Shown: positions 13,748 to 25,790, counted from the stretch's first letter. The stretch is 64,000 nucleotides of DNA from Octopus sinensis (GCF_006345805.1 NC_043007.1:3720001-3784000); one strand, 5' to 3'. The notes: generated by a model from the letters alone, not told the origin. Numbers and translations are program-made.

Positions 13748-14110
13748 ACTCAATAGGTCTCCTCAAGCACAGCAGGTCACCCTACGATCCAAGGTAAGCA
13801 CACCAGGCCGTCCTGCGATCCAAGGCACTTGGATGGGCTGGGGCTATGCGAAACTGGTGCAGGAAACAGCCATGAACTTACATTATTTGTCGGGTCTTTG
13901 CAGTCACAGCATATCTCCAGAGGTCTCGGTCTTTCGTCATTGCCTCTGTGAGGCCCAACATTCGAAGGTCATGCTTGACCACCTCATCCCATGTCTTCCT
14001 GGGTCTACCTCTACCCCGGATTCCTTCAACTGTTTGGGAGGGGCACTTCTTCACACATCTCTCCTCATCTTTCCGTAGTACCTGACCATACCAGCGCAAA
14101 CGTCTCTTAT
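13748..14110 (-). mobile_element. RTE LINE ORF2 C-terminus plus start of 3'UTR
   Basis: RWYGQVLRKDEERCVKK...GRGRPRKTWDEVVKHDL, typical of the RTE-clade C-terminus. Confidence 0.88.
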
Positions 14111-14404
14111 GTATTATGGGACATGGCCCCCACCATATTCAGAACCAATACAATAAATGTGAGTGAGGTTATTGCAGATGGTTTCCCACCTGAGGTCTGC
14201 TTGTCCTAAATAACTAAACATACAGCATGGAGAACGGATAGCATGGAGAACGGACGTCAAACGATGATGATGATGATACAACAACAACAGCAATGAGACT
14301 CGGTTTCATGATTGGGCAATAGTGGGGTGTTGTTTTGAAGACCTAACAAATTGTAAAACGATATGATATCAGGGTTAGAAAATACTGTATGATGTTTATG
14401 TTAC

Positions 14405-14492
14405 ATAAATTATTGTTAATGATAAGACACATGTCGCTGTGCCAGTGTCCACTTCAAGGACAGTCATAATTGTCTCTGTCCCTGACTCATAA
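14405..14492 (-). CDS. Candidate 88-nt coding exon (YESGTETIMTVLEVDTGTATCVLSLTIIY)
   Basis: Acceptor tttttcttcttcatctcaag, donor gtaaca; a single open frame. Confidence 0.45.
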
Positions 14493-14666
14493 CTTGAGAT
14501 GAAGAAGAAAAACATAAACAAAAAGAAGAGAAGAAAAAAGCAAGAATGTAAAACATAAGTGGAAAGAAGATGAGAGGAAGAGGAAGAAAGTGAGTGAGAG
14601 AGAGAGAGAGTAAACTATGTCCACAATCAGAAATAAAGAGGGAAAGATGAAAATGATGACAAAGCA

Positions 14667-14709
<43 letters not shown>

Positions 14710-14972
14710 TTTGTGTGTCTCTCTTTCCCTCTCTCTCGTGTGTGTTTCTCTCCTTTATATGTGCATATATATATATATACTATTCTACTTTCTATGTTCT
14801 ACGTTATATATTTTAATAATTACTGGTATTTTATATATGTAAAGCATAATCTGTTATACATGTATGTATATTGTTATAATTGTTTTGTTTTTTAAATAAA
14901 TAAATAGACACAATATAATGTCTAAAAGTTGATGAATACCACCTCTTGATCCCCTCCATTTTCTTATTGCCA

Positions 14973-15005
<33 letters not shown>

Positions 15006-15327
15006 CAAAAGTATGTGCTATAATACTATTCCACAGCCATACCAACAATCCAACATACCTCCATCATCAGCTGACCCATGGATAGCATTATGGTTTTGAC
15101 ACCTGGACATACCATTTAATCCGGTGGTATCAACAGCACTAAAATAAGTGTTGTTTGGGAACAAACAAACCTAAAGAAAACACAACTTTCAAACACATTT
15201 ACCCTATGTAAAACCATATCGGTAAATAAATTCAATAAGTAAATTACAACTCCTCCTAAATATGTAACCAAACTGCGACAAATCTATTAAGTCATACAAA
15301 TATATATAGATATATATATATATATAT

Positions 15328-15426
<99 letters not shown>

Positions 15427-15432
15427 GTATAA

Positions 15433-16393
15433 ATGAGGACATGCGTAAGCTTGCAAGGAATGAAGCCAGTATGCTCCACTGGAAGTGTAACGTCAGTGTG
15501 CATACACAACAGAGTGTAAGGGCCCTGAGAGAAAAGTTGGACTAAGGAAGTATCAGATGTGGTGTGCAAGAGAGACGACTGCACTGGTATGGTCATGTGT
15601 TGCGAATGGATGAGGACAGCTATGGGAAAAAGTGTCACACCCTAGCAGTAGAGGGAACCTGTAGAAGAGGTAGACCCAGGAAGACCTGGAATGAGGTGGT
15701 GAAGCATGACCTTTGAATATTGGGCTTCATCGAAGCAATGACAAGTGACTGAGACCTTTGGAGATATGCTGTGCTTGAGAAGACCTGACAAGCCAAGTGA
15801 GACCATAACCATGGCCTGTGCCAATGCAGCATAACCAGCCCATATAAGAGTACTCTTCAATCATTGGGCTATGAACTGCGCTTGCGAAGACCTGTTGAGG
15901 CAAGTGAAATTGTTGTCATGACCAATGACAGTATCGCCTGATTGGCACGTTAAAAGCACATTCGAGCATGATCGTTGCTAGTGCTGCCTGACTGGCTCCC
16001 ATGCCGGTGGCACATAAAAAGCACCATTCTAATGGGGTCGATGCCAGCACTGACTGACTGGTCCTGTGCTGGTGGCATGTAAAAAGCACCATTCAAGTGT
16101 GGTCATTGCCAGTGCTTTCTGACTGGCTCCCATTACCGGTGGCATGTAAAAAGCACTATTCAGTGTGGTCGATGCCAGTACTGCCTGACTGGCCCTCATA
16201 CCAGTGGCACATAAAAAGCACCCACTACACTCTTGGAGTGGTTAGCATTAGGAAGGGCATCCGGCTGTAGAAACTTTGCCAGATCAGATTGGAGCCTCGT
16301 GCAGCCTTCTGGCTTGCCGGCCCCCAGTCAAACCGTCCAACTCATGCCAGCATGGAAAGCAGGCATTATATGATGATGATGGTGATGATGATG
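15433..16393 (+). mobile_element. RTE LINE 3' portion (degenerate ORF2 end, 3'UTR with five tandem units, (GAT)n)
   Basis: [13 protein letters not shown]...VRALREKLD and ...GRPRKTW...KHDL-type translations with stops; conserved terminus. Confidence 0.9.
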
Positions 16394-17057
16394 ATTGTAT
16401 ATATATATCTATTATATAAATTGGACATGGGTGATTGTTGTATTCTTTCTTGTCTTGAGGATCACAGCCAAATGGAATCATGTAAAAAATGGCACACAGG
16501 TGAAGATGGGTGCATAGATTGTGCTGCAATTTGTATTTTTTTTCTAGTCACCGAGAAAATCAATTAAAACTTTTCCAAAGGAATTTTCCTGTTTGTTCCG
16601 CCATTAAAACAACCAATTGCTCACACAGCCATTATATACCATCTTGCTAGCAACAAGGGGAGTACAGGATGACAGTCAGCCAAAAAAGTTTGCTATGCTG
16701 TCTTTCTTCTTTCACCTCTTTGTGGGGTTAATAATCTTATTCTTTAATTACAGTTTCTCATTCAAACTACATAATAGGCAGAATTGTCGGATTAAGATAG
16801 TAGGGTGTTTTGAGGGAGATTTGGCTGCTATTTTTACCAGGTCTAGCTATGATGTAGAGGTCTGAACTTAATTTTCATTCACATATTTGCATTTCAAAAA
16901 TTTACCATAATGTTTGTAAAAATTTTATATGATGACCTCACATTTTCTGTGTGTGTACCTTAAAAGATGTCAATCATCATGAGACACACCTTCACTCACT
17001 CACTCTATCTCTCTTTTTTCACCCTCTTTCTCTTTCACATACACACGCGCAAGCATG

Positions 17058-17090
<33 letters not shown>

Positions 17091-17469
17091 GTCCATTTCA
17101 TATATCTTCTTTCAATTTCTGCTCTCTGCAAATAAAATTTTTACATATACAACTGCTTACAAAAATAGTGATTAACGTATAATTTCTTTCTATGTTCATA
17201 ATTAAATCAATGTTTTAAAGATTAGACAGAGGTCCAGTAGAATAGCTCTCAGAAACAGACTACGTACAAATTCGTTCTTCACAACTCCTGAAGCTGTTTT
17301 CTGACAAGGGGCAGTGGGGGTCAGGAAATGTTCATACAGCTGGAGGCTCCAATCGAAATGGGGGACTCGAAATGATAAGGTTTAGAAATGCTGTTATAGA
17401 ATATGCCTAACCAAAAACGATCTCAGCCACATCATCCAAACAGACGGGTTGAAACCGGGCTTAGCTGCT

Positions 17470-17523
<54 letters not shown>

Positions 17524-18247
17524 ACACATACACCACACACACATATAGGTAGATAGATTTATTAACACATATACACATGCACAGGTATACACAAACACAC
17601 ACACGTATGTGTGTGTGTCTGCATTTGTTTCTATTTTTTTTTTTACATAGACAACAACACATTTAAAATCCTCCCTCAAACAAAATGTCCCACCCAGCAG
17701 TTTGACAGGCAAAGTTGGCTTAGGCAGGATTTGAACTCATAATAATAAGGGGCCATCACTAAATACCCCAGGACATTTTTTCCCCATGCCCTAATTTTTT
17801 GTCAATCTCCTTTTTCCTGATATGACTGAAAAATATTTTATCATATCAAATAATTGAGTAACCTGAAGCTTGTTAGAAATAGCAAACCTTCCATGATAAG
17901 AGAGGAATGTGCTTGTGGATATGGCACTTGTGCAAGCTTAGGTCAGCAAATTTGACCTATGGTTTAATTAATTCTACTCAAGCTAATTATATGCTTAGGT
18001 ATGACTGTGTGGTAAGAAGTGTGCTTTCTAACCACATGGTTCTGGGTTCAGTCCCACTGTATGGGAATTGAAACAGAGGCAGAGTATTTCATCAGAAATA
18101 TGGTAATGGAAAGGTTAATTTGAAAGTTAAAAAATAAAAATAAAAATTAGAATGTTTTTCCTAAGGAAATTCCTGGAAAACTACTCCAAAGAGATTGCAA
18201 ATTTTTTTCCCATGAAATTCTTACAAGTTCCAGGGATTTTTGTTTTA

Positions 18248-18503
18248 TACTGGCTCCCGTGCCAGTGGCACATAAAAAGTACCATTTAAGCATTGTTGAT
18301 GCCTCTACCATCTGATTGGCCCTTGTGCCAGTGGCACATAAAAAGCATCCAATACACTATCGGAGTGGCTGGTATAAGGAAGGGCATCCAGCTGTAGTAA
18401 TATAGCCAGATCGGATTGGAGCTTGGTGCAGCCTTTTGGCTCCATGCCAGCATGGGAAGCAGAGGTTAAACGACGATAATGATGATGATGATGATGATGA
18501 TGA
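18248..18503 (+). mobile_element. RTE LINE 3'UTR fragment
   Basis: Two GTGGCACATAAAAAG units, GGAAGGGCATCCAGCTGTAG, and a (GAT)n tail. Confidence 0.75.
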
Positions 18504-19089
18504 CTCTTGGTCTCCTACAATTGAAGAGTTTCAGGAAATCAAGACATCTTCATCCAACGGAACAGTTTTACAAAGAAGTCTCAAAGAAGTCTGTGACGTT
18601 TATATTCCTTACAAGACACAGCCAAGCTGCCAGCCTGACGTCATGACAGCAACAGATGACAATGTTGTCGCTGTTATGGTTTGCTGAAGATCCGTATTAA
18701 CCAGTTCAAGTGGCTCCACTTTCAAATTGAACCAGAGACGACAGTAGTATCACGAATGTGTATTGCTGCTCTTAACAAAGAAAACAGAAAAAACAGAAAA
18801 TGGTACTTGAGAAAAGGAAATAGGACTGAGATTTTGAAAGGAGATAGAGAAAACAAACTCATGAACAGGGAGAAAGAGAGAGGAAGAGAGAGAAAGGGAG
18901 AGGAAGAGAAAGGAATAGGGAGTGAGTGAGTTAGAAGAGAGGAAAAGAGAGAATGAAAATGGGAGGAAATGGAATTAAGAGCCTATGGGCTCCAGCCGTC
19001 TGCAGTCTCTTGGATTGGAGGTTTCCTGTTAAAGTTGCACAATTATGGTGTGGACTGACATGAACTCTCTCTCTCACTCTCTCTCTCTT

Positions 19090-19141
<52 letters not shown>

Positions 19142-19620
19142 CCAAAATCTTAACAATTCTGGTAAGCTCCAAGGTTTTAATTTGGCACCACACTCTTCTT
19201 CTTCTTCCCTCATCTACGTCAATGCTCCACTTCCCATTGCAGCCATCAACGCCCACTCTTATGCAGATGGCACCACACATTCTCTCCTTTTGTGCCCATG
19301 CTACAGCCACTTGCAACCTTCGATGCCTCGGGCTAAACCTGCACTGCCTCTGTGAGCATTCTTTGAGGAAATGATGCCAGACGTGTTTCCTTCACCAGGA
19401 ACAAAGACAACGTCATCATACACATCAAGGAAACGATTTTGTATCTATACTAAATATAGATTTATAAGTTTGGTACAAAGCCAGCAGTTTCGGTGTGGGT
19501 GGGAGGGGTAAGTCAATTATATTGACCCCAGTGTGTAACTGGTACTTATTTTGTTGACTCCAAAAGGATGAAATGCAAATTCAATCCCAGCAGAGTTTGA
19601 ATTCAGAACATACTGATGGA

Positions 19621-20246
19621 TACATTATTTACATTATTTACATTATTTACATTTGACAAATATTTGTCCTCATCTTGTTTGTTGTCACCACACCTTTTCA
19701 GCTGATTTACTCTCCAGTCTTCATCAGGTGTCATGGTAGCGTTTTGAACCCAACCCTGGGTCCTCATTCCTCAGCTATTTTTTTGCTGATGTTATTATTA
19801 TTCTATGTTTGACTTTTGCTTTATGTTTGTACAAGTTGGCTCCAAGTCTCACCCAGAGACAACAGGTTGGAAGTTCACGTTGTTGTTATGCCTAGTATGC
19901 CATATATTTGGGGGTTTTTTTTGGTGTTGTACAAGTGAATGTCTAATAAATAAATTTTAAAAAAAAAGTTTGTTTTAAACCTTGAGATTACATAGAGAGT
20001 ATTTTGCATAGGATATGAGCAGTTCTTCTTCTTCTTATTATTATTACTTATTCAAGGCACTGCCTAGAATTGAACTTGCAATCTTGGGGTTAGTAGCCTG
20101 CATTCTTAACCATTACACTATAAGCCAGTGGGCAATTATAGAGTGAATTTTAAAACGTTATGGTAACAACAAACAAGGTGAGGACACATACCCATCCAAT
20201 GTAAATAATGTGCAGAATTCTTCATCTCTAAAATATAGAACAGTAT
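19621..20246. mobile_element. Composite repeat with inverted Penelope-like segments, a degenerate hammerhead motif and a tRNA-like segment
   Basis: aacaacaaacaag(a/g)tgaggac...aatgtaaataatgt occurs on - (19621-19690) and + (20165-20211); a tRNA-like A/B-box segment lies on - at about 20050-20130. Confidence 0.5.
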
Positions 20247-20599
20247 TCAGGATGGATGAAATGCCATCCAGCATTTTTCCCAGTTTACTAACGATTCTTC
20301 CATCTTGCTGCCTTATCTCCAAATATAAAGTGAAGTATTGTCTGGAGTCCTAAGACCCAAAGAGTTGGTTGGTCAATTTCTATGGTGTGTGTGTGTGGCC
20401 ATGATCATATCATTCCTTTTGAACAGGACTCCATGCAGCATTTCTCATATACAGCTGAGCAGAATGGAGTAATGTAAAAATGAAGGGTTTTGCTTAAGAA
20501 TACAATGCACCACCTCCTCTTGGAATTGAAACCATGGTTTTGCAATCATAAGTGCACTCCCTAACTGCAACTTGGACCCTTGAGGCTACTACAAATGCT

Positions 20600-20780
20600 A
20601 CACTCGACATCACTGATAATCTCTCATGTTAAACACATCTTGAAGATAACGAAAACTGCATCACAAAGACTGCCCTTCCTCTTCAGAGCCAGAAAATACT
20701 TCAGCCCTCAACAGTTACAAACCTGCCCATGTGAGAACCACGATGAAAAAAACTACCCCCACATTTGGGACAGTGCTACA
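20600..20780 (+). mobile_element. CR1/L2-type LINE RT fragment
   Basis: HILKITKTASQRLPFLFRARKYFSPQQL...PHIWDSA resembles the post-RT region of CR1/L2-like elements. Confidence 0.65.
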
Positions 20781-21107
20781 ACTATTTATAAAGACCGTTG
20801 CCAGTACCGCCAGACTGGCCCCCGTGCTGGTGGCACGTAAAATGCAACCACTACACTCTCAGAGTGGTTGGCATTAGGAAAGGCATCCAGCTGTAGAAAC
20901 TCTGCCATATCAGATTGAAGCCTGGCGCAGCCATCTGGTTCACCAGTCCTCAGTCAAACTGTCCAACCCATACTAGCATGGAAAGCGGACGTTAAACGTC
21001 CATATATGCATGTATATATGTGTGTGCGTGTGCGTATGTGTGTGTGTGTGTGTGCGTGTGTGCATGTGCGTGTAGGTATGTACATATATATGTATATATG
21101 CATATAG

Positions 21108-21510
21108 ACTCTCTTTACTCTTTTACTTGTTTCAGTCATTTGACTGTGGCCATGCTGGAGCACCGCCTTTAGTCAAGCAAATCGACCCCAGGACTTATTC
21201 TTTGTAAGCCTAGTACTTATTCTATCGGTCTCTTTTGCCGAACCGCTAAGTAACGGGGACATAAACACACCAGCATCGGTTGTCAAGCGATGCTGGGGGG
21301 ACAAACACAGACACACAAACACACACACACACACACACATACATATATACGACAGGCTTCTTTCAGTTTCTGTCTACCAAATCCACTCACAAAGCCTTGG
21401 TCGGCCTGAGGCTATAGTAGAAGACATTTGCCCAAGGTGCCACGCTGTGGGACTGAACCGGGGACCATGTGGTTCGTAAGCAAGATACTTACCACACAGC
21501 CACTCCTATG

Positions 21511-21512
<2 letters not shown>
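21108..21512 (-). mobile_element. SINE family B, full length
   Basis: tRNA-like head, CORE-like segment, internal (CA)/(TA) tract and GACTGAAACAAGTAAAAGAG tail. Confidence 0.9.
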
Positions 21513-21552
<40 letters not shown>

Positions 21553-21601
21553 ATATTATTTATATTATTATAAGATCAAATGCCACACATCCATTTCCAA
21601 G

Positions 21602-21641
<40 letters not shown>

Positions 21642-22533
21642 TAGATATATATCAAAAGCAACTATATTCAGTGATGACCATTGCAGTTAAAAAAGTAACA
21701 CTTTAAACATTGACTACTGGCAAGAGGACGAAGTGTAAGCAAAGTATTTAAGCCACAACCAGTCTCACTGAGGGAAGTTTCATTGTTATACACCTAACAT
21801 ATAAATAGTTTCATAATCATATACAATATCCAACAACAAGGATGCAAATGTTAATGATGATGCAAAGAAAGAGGATGAGAATTTACAAATGAGTCTACAA
21901 GAACGGTCATGTCCAGTATCCAGTCATATCCTTAGTGTCTGGTCATATACAAAACCGATAAGGAAAATGTGAGGAAATGAGTTACAGAGATTTCAAAACT
22001 AACAAAGTACAAATATTAGAATCTCATATGAAAATGCAAAATGTTGGGGTTTTCTGAATGTTTTCAGGGGACAAAACGGTAAACCATGGAAATTACTGCT
22101 ACTACAAGACATTCACATGTTTAAAAAAAACGAAGATTTGCGAAACTTTACAGACAAACAAACGACTATCAGTGCTTTTTTTTTATATCTCATCATTAGT
22201 TCAGTAACCCTTCAAAACTAAAACATTACATTAGTAGAACCTCTGTGTGTGTGTGTATTACTATTAATATTTCCGATGGGCAATTCCGTGTCACAGAGTG
22301 ACTAATAACTAAATATAGAAACAGACGTTAAATACTGATTGTTGTATGGTTAGCTGTTAACTGGATCTTAACTGAGAGCTGACACGGTATCCGCTTAGAT
22401 ATTACGTCCATCCCAAATCACAGCCTGGTGCAGCCTTCTGGCTTCCCAGAACCCCGGTCGAACCGTCCAACCCATGCTAGCATGGAGAACGGACGTTAAA
22501 CGACGATGATGATGATGTGATGATGATATATAT

Positions 22534-22565
<32 letters not shown>

Positions 22566-22620
22566 CATGTATATATATATATAGATATATATATATATAT
22601 TATATATATATATATATATC

Positions 22621-23000
22621 TTATTGGTGAATTGAAGAAATGGAGCTGAATGAAGATTGAACAGAAATCATTTTATTTCATTCTACACGTGTTTCGAAAG
22701 GCACAATTTACCAAAATCCGATTGAATAATGAGACCATATTGTGTCTTTCTCTTCAGGAAGAAATAGGAAATCCGTTGGAAAAAACAAAAAACAAACGAT
22801 TTCTGTTCAATCTTCGTTCAGCTCCATTTCTTCAATTCACCAATAATATTTTAATTTCAATTATCCGCACCAACGCACGGTTGCAACACCATATGGTTGT
22901 ACCTCCAACCGTGCTGTTTTCTGCTGTGATTTTTTGCTACCAAGGTATCGGTTAAACTTTTGATTAATCTGCTACAAGATTATTCATCTTCCTATTTCAC
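22621..23000 (-). mobile_element. Penelope-like element remnant with a 49-bp inverted repeat
   Basis: Arms at 22621-22669 and 22798-22846 (1 mismatch) enclose a hammerhead motif. The Penelope assignment is inferred from the hammerhead type and the inverted terminal duplication. Confidence 0.55.
22674..22766 (-). ncRNA. Type-I hammerhead ribozyme motif
   Basis: Stem I UAUUUCUUC/GAA(U)GAAAUA; core CUGAAGA; stem II GAAAGACACAAU/AUUGUGCCUUUC (11 of 12 paired); GAAA; stem III C-ACGU-G; cleavage triplet GUA. Confidence 0.75.
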
Positions 23001-23002
23001 AT

Positions 23003-23040
<38 letters not shown>

Positions 23041-23041
23041 C

Positions 23042-23073
<32 letters not shown>

Positions 23074-23166
23074 TATATGTATATATGTATGTGTATATAT
23101 ATATATATGTATGTGTGTATATATATATAATATATATATATATGTATATGTATATGTATATGTGTA

Positions 23167-23520
23167 TATCATCATCATCATCGTTTAACGTCCGCTTTCC
23201 ATGCTAGCATGGGTTGGACGGTTCAACTGGGGTCTGGCAAGCCCGAAGGCTGCACCAGGCCAGTCAGATCTGGCAGTGTTTCTACAGCTGGATGCCCTTC
23301 CTAACGCCAACCACTCCGAGAGTGTAGTGGGTGATTTTATGTGCCACCGACACAGGTGCCAGACGAGGCTGGAAGACGGTCACGCTCGAATGGTGTTTTT
23401 ATGTGCCACGACACAGGTGCCAGACGAGTGTCGGTGGCACATAAAAAACACCATTCGAGCGTGAATGGTGTTTTTTTATGTGCCACCAACACTGTCTGGC
23501 ACCTGTGTCAGTGGCACATG
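23167..23520 (-). mobile_element. RTE LINE 3'UTR with a fold-back 5' junction
   Basis: Reverse-complement terminus and tandem units; 23401-23519 is an imperfect palindrome. Confidence 0.8.
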
Positions 23521-23700
23521 TTATATATATATATAATATATATATATAATAATATCATCATCATCGTTTAACGTCCGCTTTCCATGATAGCATGGGTTGG
23601 ACGAAATATATATATATATATATATAAATATATAATATATATGTTTGTATATGTATATAAATATATATGTATATATGTTTGTATATGTATATATATATAT

Positions 23701-23760
23701 GTGGTGCCCCAGCATGGCCACAGCTCGTGAGCTGAAACTAGATAAAATAAATAATAAATA
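23701..23760 (+). mobile_element. Isolated 3' tail of the CR1/L2-type LINE seen at 61 kb
   Basis: GGTGCCCCAGCATGGCCACAGCTCGTGAGCTGAAACTAGATAAAAT is identical to the reverse complement of about 61005-61050. Confidence 0.8.
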
Positions 23761-23798
23761 AATGTGTGTGTGTGTTTGTATATGTGTGTGTATGTGTA

Positions 23799-24351
23799 TG
23801 AGGAGTACCCAAATGTAACTGGAAACTTTCTCTATGGGACAAACTCATTGTAGTTCAGGCTTCTGCCGCTAGAAGCCACTTGATGTGACCCTCAGGCATC
23901 AGTATGCCATCTGGCACCCTCGGGTGTTGTTCTACTGCCATGTGGTGTATCTTTGCTTTGCAGTGCTTTTCCTCCCCTGCTCATCAATTTTTGTGATGGC
24001 TGAAACCAAGGAACACCGTGCTTCCATGAAATTCTGTTTGTTTTCTGCTGGGGAAAATGGTATCTGAAACAGTTATCTTACTTCAAACAGCTTACAAGGA
24101 CACTGCCATGAAAAAAAAAACACAAGTTTATGAGTGATTTTCATGCTTTAGGAATGGTCACTTGTTGCTTGAGGACCAACCTAGTTCAGGATGACCATCG
24201 ACCTCCTGGACAAATGAGAACATCATGAAAATTCATGAACTGATCTTGGAGGACCATCACTGAAGAACTGATGACCTTGTTGATATGATTGGTGTGTCCT
24301 GGAGCTCCTGCCAACGAATTTTAAACAAGCAATTGTGAATAAAAAGAGTTG
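23799..24351 (+). mobile_element. mariner transposon 5' half, transposase pseudogene
   Basis: TA followed by TGAGGAGTACCC end; from ATG at 23996: MAETKEHRASMKFC..ETV..LQTAYKD..VYE*F..F..G....EDQPSSG*PSTS..ENI..I.ELI..GVSWSSCQRIL..L..KRV, a mariner N-terminal HTH pattern with stops and frameshifts. Confidence 0.85.
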
Positions 24352-24377
24352 GAGCAGACGTTAAACGATGATGATAA

Positions 24378-24411
<34 letters not shown>

Positions 24412-25061
24412 GGTGGTGGTGGTGGTGGTGATGATGATGATAACGACAACGATAACGATGAACCTATTTGAATTTAATTTAGCTGTAAGGTTAAATTACA
24501 GTTAGAAATAGGTGTTAGCTTAGTAGTAATACATGAGAAGGCTTTCACCCCTAATTTTTTTTTTTATATGAAAACTTTTATTCTGTACACGTAGTATTAA
24601 TATTTTTCAATAATATTTAGAAAAGTTCTCAAAGTTAAAATATTTAAGTTAAAGAAAGCATTGAGAATTCATACAAAGGTAACACAAATGAAAAAGGGAG
24701 AAGGAGAATGAGAGAGGGGGAGGAAGGGAGAGGGAGTCAGACAGACAGACAGACAGGCAGGCAGGCAGACAAAACAGATGAGAGGTGAGAATGAAAGGTG
24801 AGAGCTGGATTGAACCCTGTTTTGCTGACTGACACCCTGTCAGCCAAGGCTGTGTCAAACACTGTATGGGAAAGTTGCAAACTAGTGTTGTAAGAGTTTC
24901 TCTGTCACTAAAATGAGTGATAGCAAGCTCCTATTTTTAGCATGTTTGATTGCTTAATTTAGGATATCAGTTTCAGCCAATTGTACCTTATGCACGTATC
25001 GCATAGCTGTTCGGGCTGCATTACAACCCCACATCAATATTAAAGGTATATTATATATATG

Positions 25062-25298
25062 AAGGCAGCAAGCTGGCAGGATCATTAGCAAACCAGGTGA
25101 AATGCGTAGCTGTATTTTGTCTGCCGTTACATTCTGAGTTCAAATTCTACCGAGGTTGACTTTGCCTTTCATCCTTTCGGGGTCGATAAATTAAGTACGA
25201 GTTACGCACTGGGGTCGATGTAATAGACTTAATCCATGTGTCTGTCCTTGTTTGTCCCCTCTGTGTTTAGCCCCTTGTGGATAGTAAAGAAATAGGTA
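25062..25298 (+). mobile_element. SINE family A, full length
   Basis: Head to tail intact; 17-bp duplication AGGTATATTATATATAT at 25044-25060 and 25294-25310. Confidence 0.9.
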
Positions 25299-25459
25299 TA
25301 TTATATATATCACTAAAAAATAATAAACAGCAGGATGGGACTTGATTATTGGGCTCAGACTTAAACAGCTGAAACTCTATTCTCTGCGATGCTGCCATGA
25401 GCAATACAGTATTTGCACCATGTGGAAAATATTCCACAAATATTATCCAAATGATGTTC

Positions 25460-25790
25460 TTTTTTATCTGTTTCAGTCATTTGACTGTGGCCATGCTGGA
25501 GCACCACCTTTAGATGAGCAAATCGATCCTAGGACTTATTCTATCGGTGTCTCCTGCCGAACCGCTAAGTGACAGGGACATAAACACACCAGCATCGGTT
25601 GTCAAGCGATGTTGGGCAGACAAACACAGACACACAAACATATATATATATATACGACAGGCTTCTTTCAGTTTCTGTCTACCAAATCCACTCACAAGGC
25701 TTTGGTCGGCCCGAGGCTATAGTAGAAGACACTTGCCCAAGGTGTCACACAGTGGGACTGAACTCGGAACCATGTGGTTGGTAAGCAAGC
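25460..25790 (-). mobile_element. SINE family B, internally deleted
   Basis: Tail, internal (TA) tract and CORE-like segment are present. Confidence 0.85.

Noticed and set aside
17200-17460. Several short open frames with possible splice sites
   Set aside because: Multiple incompatible solutions; none in phase with neighbouring candidates.
22650-22955. 101-aa ORF MKIEQKSFYF...
   Set aside because: Overlaps the inverted repeat and the antisense hammerhead; no protein similarity recognised.
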